This document shows positions 31,216 through 40,800 of a DNA stretch of 64,000 nucleotides, in pieces. Origin of the DNA: a virus; IMG/VR virus record IMGVR_UViG_3300035666_000002. One strand, 5' to 3'. A program made the translations under genes and the position numbers. The first letter of the stretch is position 1. Each line of letters opens with the position of its first letter. The notes under the pieces were generated by a model. It ran no database searches. It was given only the letters and a program-made list of their open reading frames with translations, and had not been told where the DNA came from.

Positions 31216-31565
31216 TTTAATTCCACATAAAAATCATAATTTAAGCCTAATTTATTTCTTTTTAACTTCATAAACTGTTGTCTGATGTAAATTAGAGAAT
31301 TTATTGCAGGATTTTTAATGATATCATATGCGCTTGCTGCTGCTTCTTGTGTATCAAATTCTAATGTAAATGTGTATGAATAATCGTCTATAAAATCAGT
31401 AGATGACGTAACATATCCAGGAAGATATGAATACGCATTTCTAGTATTAACAATAACATCAATTTCTTCTTTACTAAAAATACCTTTGTCTATCGTTTCT
31501 TTATTAGGTATAACCCAGTCTTTTGATGTATCATCTCTTGTCCAAGTCATAAGAACTTTTGCCAT
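31212..31565 (-). CDS. hypothetical protein, possibly dimeric alpha/beta-barrel fold
   Basis: LPGYV..FTLEFDTQEAA pattern; overlaps neighbour by ATGA. Confidence 0.55.
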   Translation of the reverse strand: MAKVLMTWTRDDTSKDWVIPNKETIDKGIFSKEEIDVIVNTRNAYSYLPGYVTSSTDFIDDYSYTFTLEFDTQEAAASAYDIIKNPAINSLIYIRQQFMKLKRNKLGLNYDFYVELK

Positions 31566-32444
31566 TTAAATCTCCTTATACTTTTCGAAAAAATCGAAGA
31601 ATTGTTTTCTTGACAATGCCACTTTTATTTTTTTGTTCGGATATTTTATTATTTTTAATAATTCTTGTATTCTGTTTTCCGTTTCATCTGAATATCTATA
31701 TCGCATCTTATTTCTCAATTTTAAATTAAATTTTTTATGCTTAAATATAGCCCAAATCATTCCGGTACTTTGACTATCCGGAATAACAGAATAAACCATT
31801 TCTATATTATACGTGAAAAAATTTATATTGATTGGCTTTTCCAAGAAATAATCAACATAAAAATCCCAATCATAGCCAAGAAATATTTCTGCATCTTGTA
31901 TAAAGTCGATTCCGTCGCCAGTTAAAAAATGATTTCCGCTTATTAATACGGAGTTATCAATTTTAGACACATAATCCGCAGCGACCATATTGTATACACT
32001 ATTATATCCTACACTATCAAATTTATTAATTATGTGCTCTTCAAAGAAATCTAAGAAATATTTTTCACTTATCTCCAATATTGTTGGATCCAATCGCAAT
32101 TCCTTACATGTTTCGTATGCATATTCTAGTTCATGTGTGGGTCCACATTTAACTATTATTGGAACAAAATTGATAGAATTTTTATGTAAACTTCTTACAA
32201 CATACTCTGAATCATAACCACCACTGAATGCGACAAAAATTTTCTTATTCAGGTCACCTAGTTGTTGGCATGTAAAATTCGTTGCCTCATCAAACGACAT
32301 TGACTTAAACCGATAAGGGTTAATTATAAACTTTAGATCGGCCGACTTATCAACAAATCTTTGCCGAAGATTAGTATCAAACCAATTTTGATTTGTCAAC
32401 ATTGTTTCTATACCACTCACCAAAGTGTACACAGTGAGATTCAT
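31566..32444 (-). CDS. PP-loop protein (asparagine synthase/QueC-like motif)
   Basis: VAFSGGYDSE motif; start may be the downstream ATG near 32403. Confidence 0.65.
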   Translation of the reverse strand: MNLTVYTLVSGIETMLTNQNWFDTNLRQRFVDKSADLKFIINPYRFKSMSFDEATNFTCQQLGDLNKKIFVAFSGGYDSEYVVRSLHKNSINFVPIIVKCGPTHELEYAYETCKELRLDPTILEISEKYFLDFFEEHIINKFDSVGYNSVYNMVAADYVSKIDNSVLISGNHFLTGDGIDFIQDAEIFLGYDWDFYVDYFLEKPININFFTYNIEMVYSVIPDSQSTGMIWAIFKHKKFNLKLRNKMRYRYSDETENRIQELLKIIKYPNKKIKVALSRKQFFDFFEKYKEI

Positions 32445-33243
32445 ATCTATTAGACGTATTCATCAATGGAAAATATGGAACACGTTGTTTTGAAGTAGCT
32501 TCAACGTCTTGTCTAAACACATCTTCCATAGTTTCGAAAATTAACTTATCATTTGCACTCACGTTATCATCATAAAAAAATTGTGTGATCCATGTATATC
32601 CGAATTCAGTATTATGATTTTTAGGAAACACTCTATTGACAGCCAATTTTCCTTTTGCTCCATATTCTACAAAAACATATGGAAAAATATATAGCCACCA
32701 ACCATCTGGATGTTCTTGATATATCCATCCGTCACCTTGGTCCAATTTGATGTCTTCCAATTTCACTTGTTGATAAAGAAAAGGATGAATTCCATCCCTC
32801 CACAAATGAAGTAGGTCTGCTTCTATATCCATCAACCAAAGCCAACTACCATGACTTTCACCGGAGCGAAAATGACTATATTTAAGTGATGTTTCGCTCT
32901 GCAAATCCCTAACCCATTTATGATCAGGTTCTACAAAATCTTTTAAAATTAAATTTGAAGCACCAACTTCTGCTTTTCCGCAGATAAGATTTTTATCGTT
33001 GTCCAATGGATTTCCAAATTTGTCCCAATTAAAATTATGAAGTTTGCAGTGTATGCTTTGTACAATTTCCCCCGGTTCGTGCAATGGGTACATTCTATGT
33101 GGGCAGTTTTTTCTAAACAATCGAACTTCATAAAAATATTTGTTTAGGATATAGTCTGGCAATACATAGTTGCCGTTATCTAATACGGAGATGTGCGACA
33201 ACACTATTGGAACTTTGTTTTTAAACATGATAAAATCGTTCAA
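32377..33243 (-). CDS. Rieske non-heme iron oxygenase (alpha-subunit-like)
   Basis: C-P-H-x16-C-K-L-H Rieske ligands; D-x2-H..H (DLLHLWRDGIH) and VFRQD iron ligands. Confidence 0.8.
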   Translation of the reverse strand: MNDFIMFKNKVPIVLSHISVLDNGNYVLPDYILNKYFYEVRLFRKNCPHRMYPLHEPGEIVQSIHCKLHNFNWDKFGNPLDNDKNLICGKAEVGASNLILKDFVEPDHKWVRDLQSETSLKYSHFRSGESHGSWLWLMDIEADLLHLWRDGIHPFLYQQVKLEDIKLDQGDGWIYQEHPDGWWLYIFPYVFVEYGAKGKLAVNRVFPKNHNTEFGYTWITQFFYDDNVSANDKLIFETMEDVFRQDVEATSKQRVPYFPLMNTSNRYESHCVHFGEWYRNNVDKSKLV

Positions 33244-34322
33244 AGATAGTATCGTTTTGAATAAATTATAGGAAGATTTTTACCTGTTGGAATTTTTCCT
33301 TGCAATCTTCTTTTCATATTTTTCATACCACCCAAGTATATTTTAAACATTTCTGTATCTTTTTTATTCAAAATATATCTATCTCTACTACTCAAATAAA
33401 AACTACTGCTTTTTGGTGACTTTACAGATAAAGCATTTTTTATATCATAAACTAAAGAAACGTTACGACCATCTTCAGTTAAAACAGTATTAGAAATCAA
33501 ATCATTAATATGATGCACACATACATCAATTGGCTTTTTAGATAAGTTATGGTAAACCAAACAATTATTTTTAATAATATGTAATTGCTTCAATAAAATA
33601 TCAGGAAAATTTACATCCCAGAAGAAAAACAATCGATCACTATATAATGAACTAAATCTATTTCCATAAGAATTTATCGTATAATCCTTAAAAGAAAAAT
33701 AAAATTTATTATTTGGTAAATCGAAAAATAGATATGGTTTATCCATCCCGAAAATTATTCCTGTTTTCTTATCTCTCCATGAATTTGGCACTATAATTTC
33801 TTCCAAATTGTGCCAGAAAAAATGATGTAGACTGAAGTATGAACCAACCTTATCTATCCAATTGTGACCATATTCATTTAGCATGAAATTTGAAGGATTA
33901 TCGAAAAGTTTTGTGTAATCGAAAACTTCATATATTTCCGAAAGATTGTATTTCTTTATAAGAGGAAAAGCATTCTTGTAAGCCTCTATATTCATATTTT
34001 CATCAGAATCCGAATTTGCATCTTGACTAAATGCTCCTACGGTGACGATTTTATCCAGCTTTATATTATTAAAAATGAAGGTTTCTAATACTTGAGTTGA
34101 ATCGTATCCTCCACTATAACAAAGTATCAATTTGTCATACTTTTCCCGAATGCGTAAAGCATTGAGTTTATATAACTCTTTAATGTTTAAAGCAGGTTCG
34201 ACATTCCAATTTAATTTATCATATTCTTGGTCATGATAGTAAAAAAATACATTTCCATCATTCTCTAAAGCTTCAATTTTAGAATGAAATATTTTTTGTT
34301 TAGAATAATAAAAAGTGTGCAT
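33240..34322 (-). CDS. PP-loop (adenine nucleotide alpha-hydrolase-like) protein
   Basis: LCYSGGYDS motif; shares W..EP, GxDKP and KQLH motifs with 29145..30356. Confidence 0.7.
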   Translation of the reverse strand: MHTFYYSKQKIFHSKIEALENDGNVFFYYHDQEYDKLNWNVEPALNIKELYKLNALRIREKYDKLILCYSGGYDSTQVLETFIFNNIKLDKIVTVGAFSQDANSDSDENMNIEAYKNAFPLIKKYNLSEIYEVFDYTKLFDNPSNFMLNEYGHNWIDKVGSYFSLHHFFWHNLEEIIVPNSWRDKKTGIIFGMDKPYLFFDLPNNKFYFSFKDYTINSYGNRFSSLYSDRLFFFWDVNFPDILLKQLHIIKNNCLVYHNLSKKPIDVCVHHINDLISNTVLTEDGRNVSLVYDIKNALSVKSPKSSSFYLSSRDRYILNKKDTEMFKIYLGGMKNMKRRLQGKIPTGKNLPIIYSKRYYL

Positions 34323-34325
34323 TTT

Positions 34326-35057
34326 TCACCTAGGTGTTTTCCATACTACAGGATGAAACGGAGCTTTCTCATTCTCCGGTCTATCTTTCGTATAATAATA
34401 CAGTGCGAGAGACAATCTGTCAACCTCTTTTGGTGTGTTTAGAGGATGGGGATGACCATGAAATGCATCATCAGTAATTCTAAAAATTACTGCTCGATTA
34501 AATAGTGGAGGAACCTGAACACAACATTTGCTCATGTCTTTTTCCCAAAGTTCTAGATTACCGCCCCAATCTTCTTTCCAATATTCATTGAGATAAATCA
34601 ACATGTTCAATCTACGATGAAGATTGTTTTTAAATTGTATATTAAAATCGGCGTGTATTCCTAATTTGCCACCAGTCGTTACTTTATGAACACCTCCACC
34701 CAAAAAAGTTTCATCACCACTCAGTTCAGGTATGCCTGTAAGATTCTCAAGAAATTTTAGAGTAGTCGAATCATTCAGATAGTCCAACGTGAACTTGGTA
34801 ATTGGGCAATCTCTTTGGAGATATTTCAGAGTCTCCAGATCAAAAACATCGGGTGTATAGAACTTATTAACTTGATAGTCTTTTACCGTCTCTGTTGTAT
34901 CTTGCGACCAATGTTGGTAAGATTTAAGTTCGGTTGCAATTTTTCTTGCAACCTCACCATGCAAAAAATTATCTATTACGATATATGGAAAAGGATAAGC
35001 AGAAGAGTAAGCAGACTTAAAAAAGTTAGCTGAGTTTAAGACTGTTTGATTGATCAT
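34326..35057 (-). CDS. 2OG-Fe(II) oxygenase (prolyl-hydroxylase-like)
   Basis: PFPYIVIDNFL, HAD, RRLN..IYLN..WGGNLELW, FHGHP, RLSLALYYY. Confidence 0.9.
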   Translation of the reverse strand: MINQTVLNSANFFKSAYSSAYPFPYIVIDNFLHGEVARKIATELKSYQHWSQDTTETVKDYQVNKFYTPDVFDLETLKYLQRDCPITKFTLDYLNDSTTLKFLENLTGIPELSGDETFLGGGVHKVTTGGKLGIHADFNIQFKNNLHRRLNMLIYLNEYWKEDWGGNLELWEKDMSKCCVQVPPLFNRAVIFRITDDAFHGHPHPLNTPKEVDRLSLALYYYTKDRPENEKAPFHPVVWKTPR

Positions 35058-35718
35058 AATATAGTTCCAATCTTTGCATTAAAATATCTTTATATGATGA
35101 AGTAGATTCAACAAATACTTGACCAGGTCCTTCTTCAACACCAATCAAGACTACAATATTATCTATAGGTTGTTTAGTTATCTCTTCAAACATCAAAGAA
35201 TATGCTGTACACTGAACAAAATAATTTTCTATATACTCTTTTTTCTTTATCTTTCTTGAATTTTTAAAATCCAGAATAGTTGTTTTTCCATCCCATTCAC
35301 AAATACAATCGGTTCTTCCAGCCATTTTGTATTGATTGGAATAGAGTGGCTGTTCTAATGCGTGTACTTTATTTACAGAAGAATCAATAAAAGGTTTCAT
35401 TTTGTAAAACAACTCTTTCACATGAGGCATCATCATCTTCAATTTAAGAGGCGACATCTCATTTAAAAGATATTTTTCACATATGCTATGCAGTTCTGTT
35501 CCTCTACGAGAAGACCTTCCTACAATTTTGTTTGCTTCTTCTTCACCAACTCTTTCTCTCCAAGCAATCAAGCCTTCTTTTGAAGATGTTGCGGAAAGAA
35601 TTGTGGTTATGGAAGGGTACCGATTACCATCTGGTGTAATGTATACCCTCCCATTCTCGGTAGTTTCATCTTGAAGATCAAAATTTAACTGAGGAATTTT
35701 TTCAAAAATAAAACTCAT
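35026..35718 (-). CDS. PD-(D/E)XK exonuclease (Cas4-like T4 family)
   Basis: YPSITT, RGTELH, AGRTDC, DFKNS, YFVQCTAY. Confidence 0.88.
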   Translation of the reverse strand: MSFIFEKIPQLNFDLQDETTENGRVYITPDGNRYPSITTILSATSSKEGLIAWRERVGEEEANKIVGRSSRRGTELHSICEKYLLNEMSPLKLKMMMPHVKELFYKMKPFIDSSVNKVHALEQPLYSNQYKMAGRTDCICEWDGKTTILDFKNSRKIKKKEYIENYFVQCTAYSLMFEEITKQPIDNIVVLIGVEEGPGQVFVESTSSYKDILMQRLELYYDQSNSLKLS

Positions 35719-36455
35719 TCAACCATATCTTCATATCTAAGCTTAGCCAAAATATAGTCTTTGACTAGTGATGACCTAACGATATCATCTGGAGTAAATT
35801 CAATTTTCGTAAAGGCTTCCATGTGTGTAGCGATATCGAAGAATTTAAGAATACCACTCATATCATTTTTCTTCTTATTTAAGTCGGTCTGCCTATAATC
35901 ACCACACCAAAGAATCTTGGATCGATATCCAACACGTGTCATTACCGTATCAATCTCTTCGAAAGTTAGATTTTGCATCTCATCAACAATAATGATCGCA
36001 TCATCAAAACTCATACCTCGAATGAATGAAGTGGAGATAAATTCAACATAGCCTTGCTCAGACAATCTCTGATACGCATCTTTTCTTCCGAAAAGTGTCT
36101 CACAAATCTGTTGATATGGTTGCTGATAAATTTCCATCTTCTCAGTTACATCACCAGGCAAATGACCAATTTCACGGGACTGAACGGCAGATCGAACTAA
36201 AATTATTTTCTTGAATGGATTGCCTTTGTCCAAAACTTCTTCGAGTGCTTTGTACATCGCACAGAAAGTTTTTCCTGTACCTGCGACTCCATGGAGAGCT
36301 ACGAAGTAGTCTCCCCTTTTATATGCATCAAAAAATTTCTTTTGGTTTTCTGTGAGAGGTTCGAATATCTTTAGCTCATCTAATTTTAATTTTAGAGTGT
36401 TTGTTTTTAATTCTTCTTCTACTATTTTTATTCTAGTGTTTGCTTTTCTAGACAT
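35715..36455 (-). CDS. phoH: PhoH-family ATPase
   Basis: GVAGTGKT, IGHLPGD, SFIRGMSF, IVDEMQN, GDYRQTDL, DIVRSSLVK. Confidence 0.95.
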   Translation of the reverse strand: MSRKANTRIKIVEEELKTNTLKLKLDELKIFEPLTENQKKFFDAYKRGDYFVALHGVAGTGKTFCAMYKALEEVLDKGNPFKKIILVRSAVQSREIGHLPGDVTEKMEIYQQPYQQICETLFGRKDAYQRLSEQGYVEFISTSFIRGMSFDDAIIIVDEMQNLTFEEIDTVMTRVGYRSKILWCGDYRQTDLNKKKNDMSGILKFFDIATHMEAFTKIEFTPDDIVRSSLVKDYILAKLRYEDMVE

Positions 36456-36469
36456 TCGATCTCCTTATA

Positions 36470-36781
36470 TTATGTTTTAACTCCCGTCACTCGTTCAACA
36501 TGCTTTTTTACAACCTGGTCCGTCTTCGCTTCTTTGATTGTTTTTTTACCATAACGTTCAGCTACGGTGCTGCTAGGATGTGCTTCAGCAACTTTAGAAA
36601 GAACTTCTTTGAAACCGTCAGGTACTCGGTTAGATGTTGATACACCCGACACAAGTGCCGGGGCATGAATGATAGGTTGAATGTGAGGATTTTCAACCAT
36701 GAATTGGTCGCGTTCGGAAATTTTCATCATAATTTCGAACTCTTCACCAGTCTCAGTATTAAAAAATGAATAAATTGGCAT
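36470..36781 (-). CDS. FmdB-like small regulatory protein
   Basis: MPIYSFFNTETGEEFE..GFKEVLSKV..HP; start moved to 36781. Confidence 0.7.
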   Translation of the reverse strand: MPIYSFFNTETGEEFEIMMKISERDQFMVENPHIQPIIHAPALVSGVSTSNRVPDGFKEVLSKVAEAHPSSTVAERYGKKTIKEAKTDQVVKKHVERVTGVKT

Positions 36782-36785
36782 ATCT

Positions 36786-37328
36786 TTATATAGCCTGATA
36801 CCAAGAAGGAATTTCTCGCTTAGTCCATTTCGCAAAGTGATTCTTACGTTCGCGATAATAACGATGATAAGATTCTAGAGAATTTCCAACAACTTTACAT
36901 TCATCAGGCATTGCAGGAGTTGGGCAAGTAAAAGGAAGATCAGGAGTATTATTTGGCCAAATATACAGTGCATCACTCATGCGTTTTTCTACAGCATGAA
37001 TTTTACCATAGCGATAAGTATACTCTTTGCAAAGATGATACCACATTCTGTTAAGCCACAAGTAATTTTGTTTACTTGCACGAACCCATACGGCTGAAGG
37101 ATGATTGATATGTGAAGCCTTCATCATAATGGTTTCAAAAGGTTCTTCCAAACGCCATCGTTTGATGTTGCGACCGTTTGCAGTTTTGTCCAAATACGGA
37201 ACACCATCGAGCAAACGGTGTGCAGTAGACATCAATTGTGCATACTCGATAATCATTTTTACAACATGTTTATCGAGGTGCATTTCCGCGCACACGCGCG
37301 GATCATTGTCTAGATAGAAAATGTTCAT
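36786..37328 (-). CDS. pyrimidine-dimer DNA glycosylase/DenV-like protein
   Basis: MNIFYLD..CAEMHLDKHVVKMIIEYAQL..HINHP..EYTYRYGKIH..AMPD. Confidence 0.8.
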   Translation of the reverse strand: MNIFYLDNDPRVCAEMHLDKHVVKMIIEYAQLMSTAHRLLDGVPYLDKTANGRNIKRWRLEEPFETIMMKASHINHPSAVWVRASKQNYLWLNRMWYHLCKEYTYRYGKIHAVEKRMSDALYIWPNNTPDLPFTCPTPAMPDECKVVGNSLESYHRYYRERKNHFAKWTKREIPSWYQAI

Positions 37329-37744
37329 GCTTTCACTTCGTCAACGATTTCGGTTACTTCTAGAGTATCTTCAGTTTTAGCGACCGTTTCGGTTACGATA
37401 GGTTGAACTTCAACTTGAGGTTCTGCTTTCAAATCTTCAAGTTTTTGTACAGGCTGAGTATCAGCATCACCAGCAAAGTAAATGCCTTTATCTTTAAGAT
37501 ATTTCACGATATCTGCCGGATTAACAAGCTGATATGCCAAAACTTTACGCCCGTCTTTGATAACACGAACGATTCCATTGGCATTCATCTTAATGTGCCA
37601 CATATAGGTTGAGATACGATAGATTTGAATCTCATCACCGAGAGTAGCACCAATTTCTTCTTTAGTCATTGGCTCACCAGTGACCATAAGATTGAGAATC
37701 TTTTCGAAAGGTGCCATTTTGACAGGCTTCACATTTTTAGACAT
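37325..37744 (-). CDS. hypothetical early protein, possible winged-helix DNA-binding domain
   Basis: GGAG RBS before ATG 37744; directly downstream of an early promoter. Confidence 0.65.
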   Translation of the reverse strand: MSKNVKPVKMAPFEKILNLMVTGEPMTKEEIGATLGDEIQIYRISTYMWHIKMNANGIVRVIKDGRKVLAYQLVNPADIVKYLKDKGIYFAGDADTQPVQKLEDLKAEPQVEVQPIVTETVAKTEDTLEVTEIVDEVKA

Positions 37745-37774
37745 AATAAACTCCAATCAATTTAAGGAAGAATA

Positions 37775-37835
37775 ATGATAACACACAAGGAAGAAATTGT
37801 CAAGGTAGATATCCGAGTGTTGCATAAAAACAACA
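37775..37835 (-). promoter_or_regulatory. sigma70-like promoter with upstream TGTTG-N8-CAACA palindrome
   Basis: TTGACA(37803-37798)-17-TATCAT(37780-37775); palindrome 37818-37835. Confidence 0.8.
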
Positions 37836-37964
37836 TCAGAATTTCGTAAACAAAACAATGACAAGGCAGAAAGCCAAAACGCAGAAAGTTATTGTCCTAC
37901 CTAGGAGTGCGCCTAGGAACGCCCCCACCACGAAGGAAGTGATAAGTAGATTGTCTACTATCAT
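37836..37964 (-). CDS. 42-aa hydrophobic peptide
   Basis: ATGA overlap with upstream gene; MIVDNLLITSFVVGAFLGALLG...; below ORF-track cutoff. Confidence 0.5.
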   Translation of the reverse strand: MIVDNLLITSFVVGAFLGALLGRTITFCVLAFCLVIVLFTKF

Positions 37965-38311
37965 CGGCGCATGGAAGCTTGGTCCCGAGCTTCCTCCTCA
38001 GTGAAGATAGGAACGGCGTTACTCTTATGTAACGTTCCGATACCTTTCATTAAACTACCAGTATAGACTTTGCCATGAATAGGCTTAGTTGTAGAACCAC
38101 CACCAGAATCTACACTCGGATATCGTGGTGTTTCACGACCAGGAGGAACTTTAGGACCAAAAGAAAAAGACCTTTCCACACGCTTAACTGGTGTCTTCGA
38201 AAAGGAAGTCCGTTGAGTGTTCACACTATCGAGCCAAGCTTGATATTCGATTGCTGATTGTTTCGTAGGCTTCTTGACCTTTCGGGATCGGTCATTCACG
38301 TAGATCATCAT
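37961..38311 (-). CDS. conserved T4-like hypothetical protein
   Basis: C-terminal KVYTG..GIGTLHKSNAVPIF motif seen in T4-like phages. Confidence 0.75.
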   Translation of the reverse strand: MMIYVNDRSRKVKKPTKQSAIEYQAWLDSVNTQRTSFSKTPVKRVERSFSFGPKVPPGRETPRYPSVDSGGGSTTKPIHGKVYTGSLMKGIGTLHKSNAVPIFTEEEARDQASMRR

Positions 38312-38552
38312 TTGAGTGCCCAGGTTTTCCAGTCTTTACGATAAATTTTATTCAAGGGAATTTTATTCTTATAACAATGATACCATGCATCCAGATAAAA
38401 AGCAAATTCTGTCATTTTGCATCCTTGGTAATGTTGTATCCAAACAACATAAGCTTTTCAACATAGAGACAAGATTCTTGCTCAGTTCGAAGGGGTTCAT
38501 CAGAATTCAAACGAATAATTTCAGATACCATCATTTCAAAACAATCCATATT

Positions 38553-38933
38553 TTACTCCAAGCTATTAGAAACTGCGGTTATGTGTTTACATTTGGAATG
38601 ATACTTGAAACCGACACAAGTGCAAGAATAGTTTTTCCCACTCTTGGTTACGATATAAGTACCGCCCTTTCCTTTGACGTTGAACCGTCTTACATTAATT
38701 GATGCACCACTGATGATTTTTAAATCATGTACGCGACCAATGTTTATGATTTTTACAGGATGTTCTTTATCCTGTGTTTGAAGTGAGAAACTATCAGCAT
38801 CAACCCACTTAGCATTTTTTACGACAACACCTGTGTATCGATTCTCATCGAAAGGTGAAGTTGCAAAAAGATTAATGGATCGATATCGAACAGTCACATT
38901 GACGGTAGAGCCAACTGAAGGAATTTTCATCAT
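38553..38933 (-). CDS. SWIM-type zinc-finger protein
   Basis: YSCTCVGFKYHSKCKHI; ATG lies 6 nt after a TATAAT, so probably leaderless. Confidence 0.75.
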   Translation of the reverse strand: MMKIPSVGSTVNVTVRYRSINLFATSPFDENRYTGVVVKNAKWVDADSFSLQTQDKEHPVKIINIGRVHDLKIISGASINVRRFNVKGKGGTYIVTKSGKNYSCTCVGFKYHSKCKHITAVSNSLE

Positions 38934-38939
38934 GTAGAG

Positions 38940-38989
38940 ATTATAACACAAGAGGAAACGCTGTCAACCTGTGTTGTTTTTTTACAACT
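38940..38989 (-). promoter_or_regulatory. sigma70-like promoter with palindrome
   Basis: TTGACA-16-TATAAT; TGTTG-N8-CAACT at 38972-38989. Confidence 0.8.
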
Positions 38990-39155
38990 ATTCCTGGAGA
39001 AGTCTTCTATTGCTCTCTTCGCGCAGGTCTTCTTCAAATTCTTGAAATTTCAGGCGATGTAGTTCCTTTTTCAAAAATTCTACATCACCTTGACTTCTTT
39101 GAATTTGTTCCTCAAGTTCTTCGATTCTTTTTCGAATATAGTTGGAGATCGCCAT
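38988..39155 (-). CDS. 55-aa coiled-coil hypothetical protein
   Basis: MAISNYIRKRIEELEEQIQRSQ...; GAGGG RBS; not in ORF track. Confidence 0.6.
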   Translation of the reverse strand: MAISNYIRKRIEELEEQIQRSQGDVEFLKKELHRLKFQEFEEDLREESNRRLLQE

Positions 39156-39297
39156 AATCGCCCTCTTCTTTTGCTAAACGGTAGTATGACTTGTCATGAT
39201 GTTTCTTTTTTTGCTGCTGAAACTGTTCATCTTGTCGTTCGCTATTTTTGCGAAACTTGGTCTTTTGAATACGTTCTACTTTAATTCCACCGATCAT
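39112..39297 (-). CDS. small basic hypothetical protein
   Basis: AGGAGA RBS before ATG 39297. Confidence 0.6.
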   Translation of the reverse strand: MIGGIKVERIQKTKFRKNSERQDEQFQQQKKKHHDKSYYRLAKEEGDYGDLQLYSKKNRRT

Positions 39298-39317
39298 TTT
39301 AGTAACCTCTTCTCCTT

Positions 39318-39941
39318 TTAGATAATATGATCTGCTGCACCCAGTTTTACCAACTCCTCTGCTGTCAACCAAACATCACTGGGTGTGAGAAGTTTGGTCT
39401 TAACACCTTTTGCATCCAAAGTTGTAGCTGACTGTAAAACGTTTGTCATTCTTTGAATGCACAATTCGGTTTCTTTTCTATATGACTCCAGGTCGTGATA
39501 TTTTCCTTCAAAGAAATCTGTGTATTGATGGCACATTATTCCACAGTTTTTTGAAATGAATCTTTCACCTTTTTCACCTGAAGCAAAAATCAGAAATGCT
39601 GCTGACATTACAGTTCCAAGACCTATGGTTCTGATTGGCACTTTGCTCCAACTCATTGCATCAATAAGTGCGAAGGCTTGATATAAATCTCCACCTGGTG
39701 AATTGATGAATAGTTGTAGAGTTTTATTTTTTTCTTCCAGATTGTTCTCATACAATATCCATTGTATTGCTCTGGTGATATTGTACTCATCAATTTCTCC
39801 AAACAAAAAGTGAATATGTTGTTTTAAAAAATCAGATTCAATTTTGTCTTGTACAGAGAAACTAATATTATCGAGAGGTTCTTTTTTTCTGCCAAGCATA
39901 CGCAGTTTTGATGATTGATTCGATGTCATGTTTTGGCTCAT
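39318..39941 (-). CDS. clpP: ClpP-like protease proteolytic subunit
   Basis: INSPGG, catalytic Ser (VMSAA), His (MCHQ), Asp (DVWLTAEE), GAADHI; start uncertain. Confidence 0.88.
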   Translation of the reverse strand: MSQNMTSNQSSKLRMLGRKKEPLDNISFSVQDKIESDFLKQHIHFLFGEIDEYNITRAIQWILYENNLEEKNKTLQLFINSPGGDLYQAFALIDAMSWSKVPIRTIGLGTVMSAAFLIFASGEKGERFISKNCGIMCHQYTDFFEGKYHDLESYRKETELCIQRMTNVLQSATTLDAKGVKTKLLTPSDVWLTAEELVKLGAADHII

Positions 39942-40800
39942 AATTCAATAGTTTTTTGGCTAGGTTGATATTGGCTACCAGAAAATCTGGGTCACCTTCT
40001 CTTCTCGGTCCAATTTTATAATTTACTTTTTCTCCAGTAATCTTTTCAATTGTCTGTACAACTTCCAAGTTGCTATACCCGACACCTGATCCCAAATTAA
40101 CTAAAATATTTTTTTCTTCCAAATTCAAAGCTTCAATGTGTGCATCAACAACATCTAAAACATGAACGTAATCTCGAACACAAGTTCCGTCCGGTGTTGA
40201 ATAATCATCACCATTGATTGTAACGTTATTTAGATTTCCAAGAATTAGAGGAATTAGATGTGTCTCTGGCTCATGATTTTCACCCAGATCATCATCTGCG
40301 CCAGCAAGATTGAAGTATCTAAAAATAACAAAGTTTAAACCAGAATCTTCAATAGCTCGCTCACAGCAAAGTTTGGTATTCGAATACACAGAATTGTCGA
40401 TTGTACACTCATCTTCATCAACAGGAATTCTACCACAAAAATAAACACCCGCTGTAGATGAAAAAAAGATAGTATCGCATCCATGATTCTTCATTGCATC
40501 GAGAACAATCAAAGTTCCGCCAACGTTTACTTCCCAAAACTTTGTGGGTTCTTCAAAAGAAAGCCCAACTTCGATTCGACCTGCAAGATGAAATACCACA
40601 TCAATTTTATTGTTCTGGAAAACAGTTTGAACCATATTACGGTTCAAAATGTCATCAATGATGATAGTGTCACAGTAAGTATGAAGAGGAGGCTTAATGT
40701 CATATAGGATGACATCCCATCCTTCTTTTTTCAATCGTTTGCAGAGAAAACTACCGAGATACCCGGACCCACCGGTAACGAGTGCTGTTCTTTTTTCCAT
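39868..40800 (-). CDS. galE: UDP-glucose 4-epimerase-like NAD-dependent epimerase
   Basis: VTGGSGYLGS, YxxxK, RYFN, PETHLIP, DGTCVRDYVHV, RREGDP. Confidence 0.9.
   Translation of the reverse strand: MEKRTALVTGGSGYLGSFLCKRLKKEGWDVILYDIKPPLHTYCDTIIIDDILNRNMVQTVFQNNKIDVVFHLAGRIEVGLSFEEPTKFWEVNVGGTLIVLDAMKNHGCDTIFFSSTAGVYFCGRIPVDEDECTIDNSVYSNTKLCCERAIEDSGLNFVIFRYFNLAGADDDLGENHEPETHLIPLILGNLNNVTINGDDYSTPDGTCVRDYVHVLDVVDAHIEALNLEEKNILVNLGSGVGYSNLEVVQTIEKITGEKVNYKIGPRREGDPDFLVANINLAKKLLNYEPKHDIESIIKTAYAWQKKRTSR

Noticed and set aside
29145-34322. PP-loop genes as a lasso-peptide or 7-deazaguanine (QueC) pathway
   Set aside because: No precursor peptide, leader peptidase, QueD/QueE/FolE or QueC zinc motif is visible; only the generic SGGxDS loop is supported.
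38316-38702. 128-aa + strand ORF
   Set aside because: The region is better explained by the SWIM gene end and two small coupled minus-strand ORFs (38412..38549, 38308..38415).
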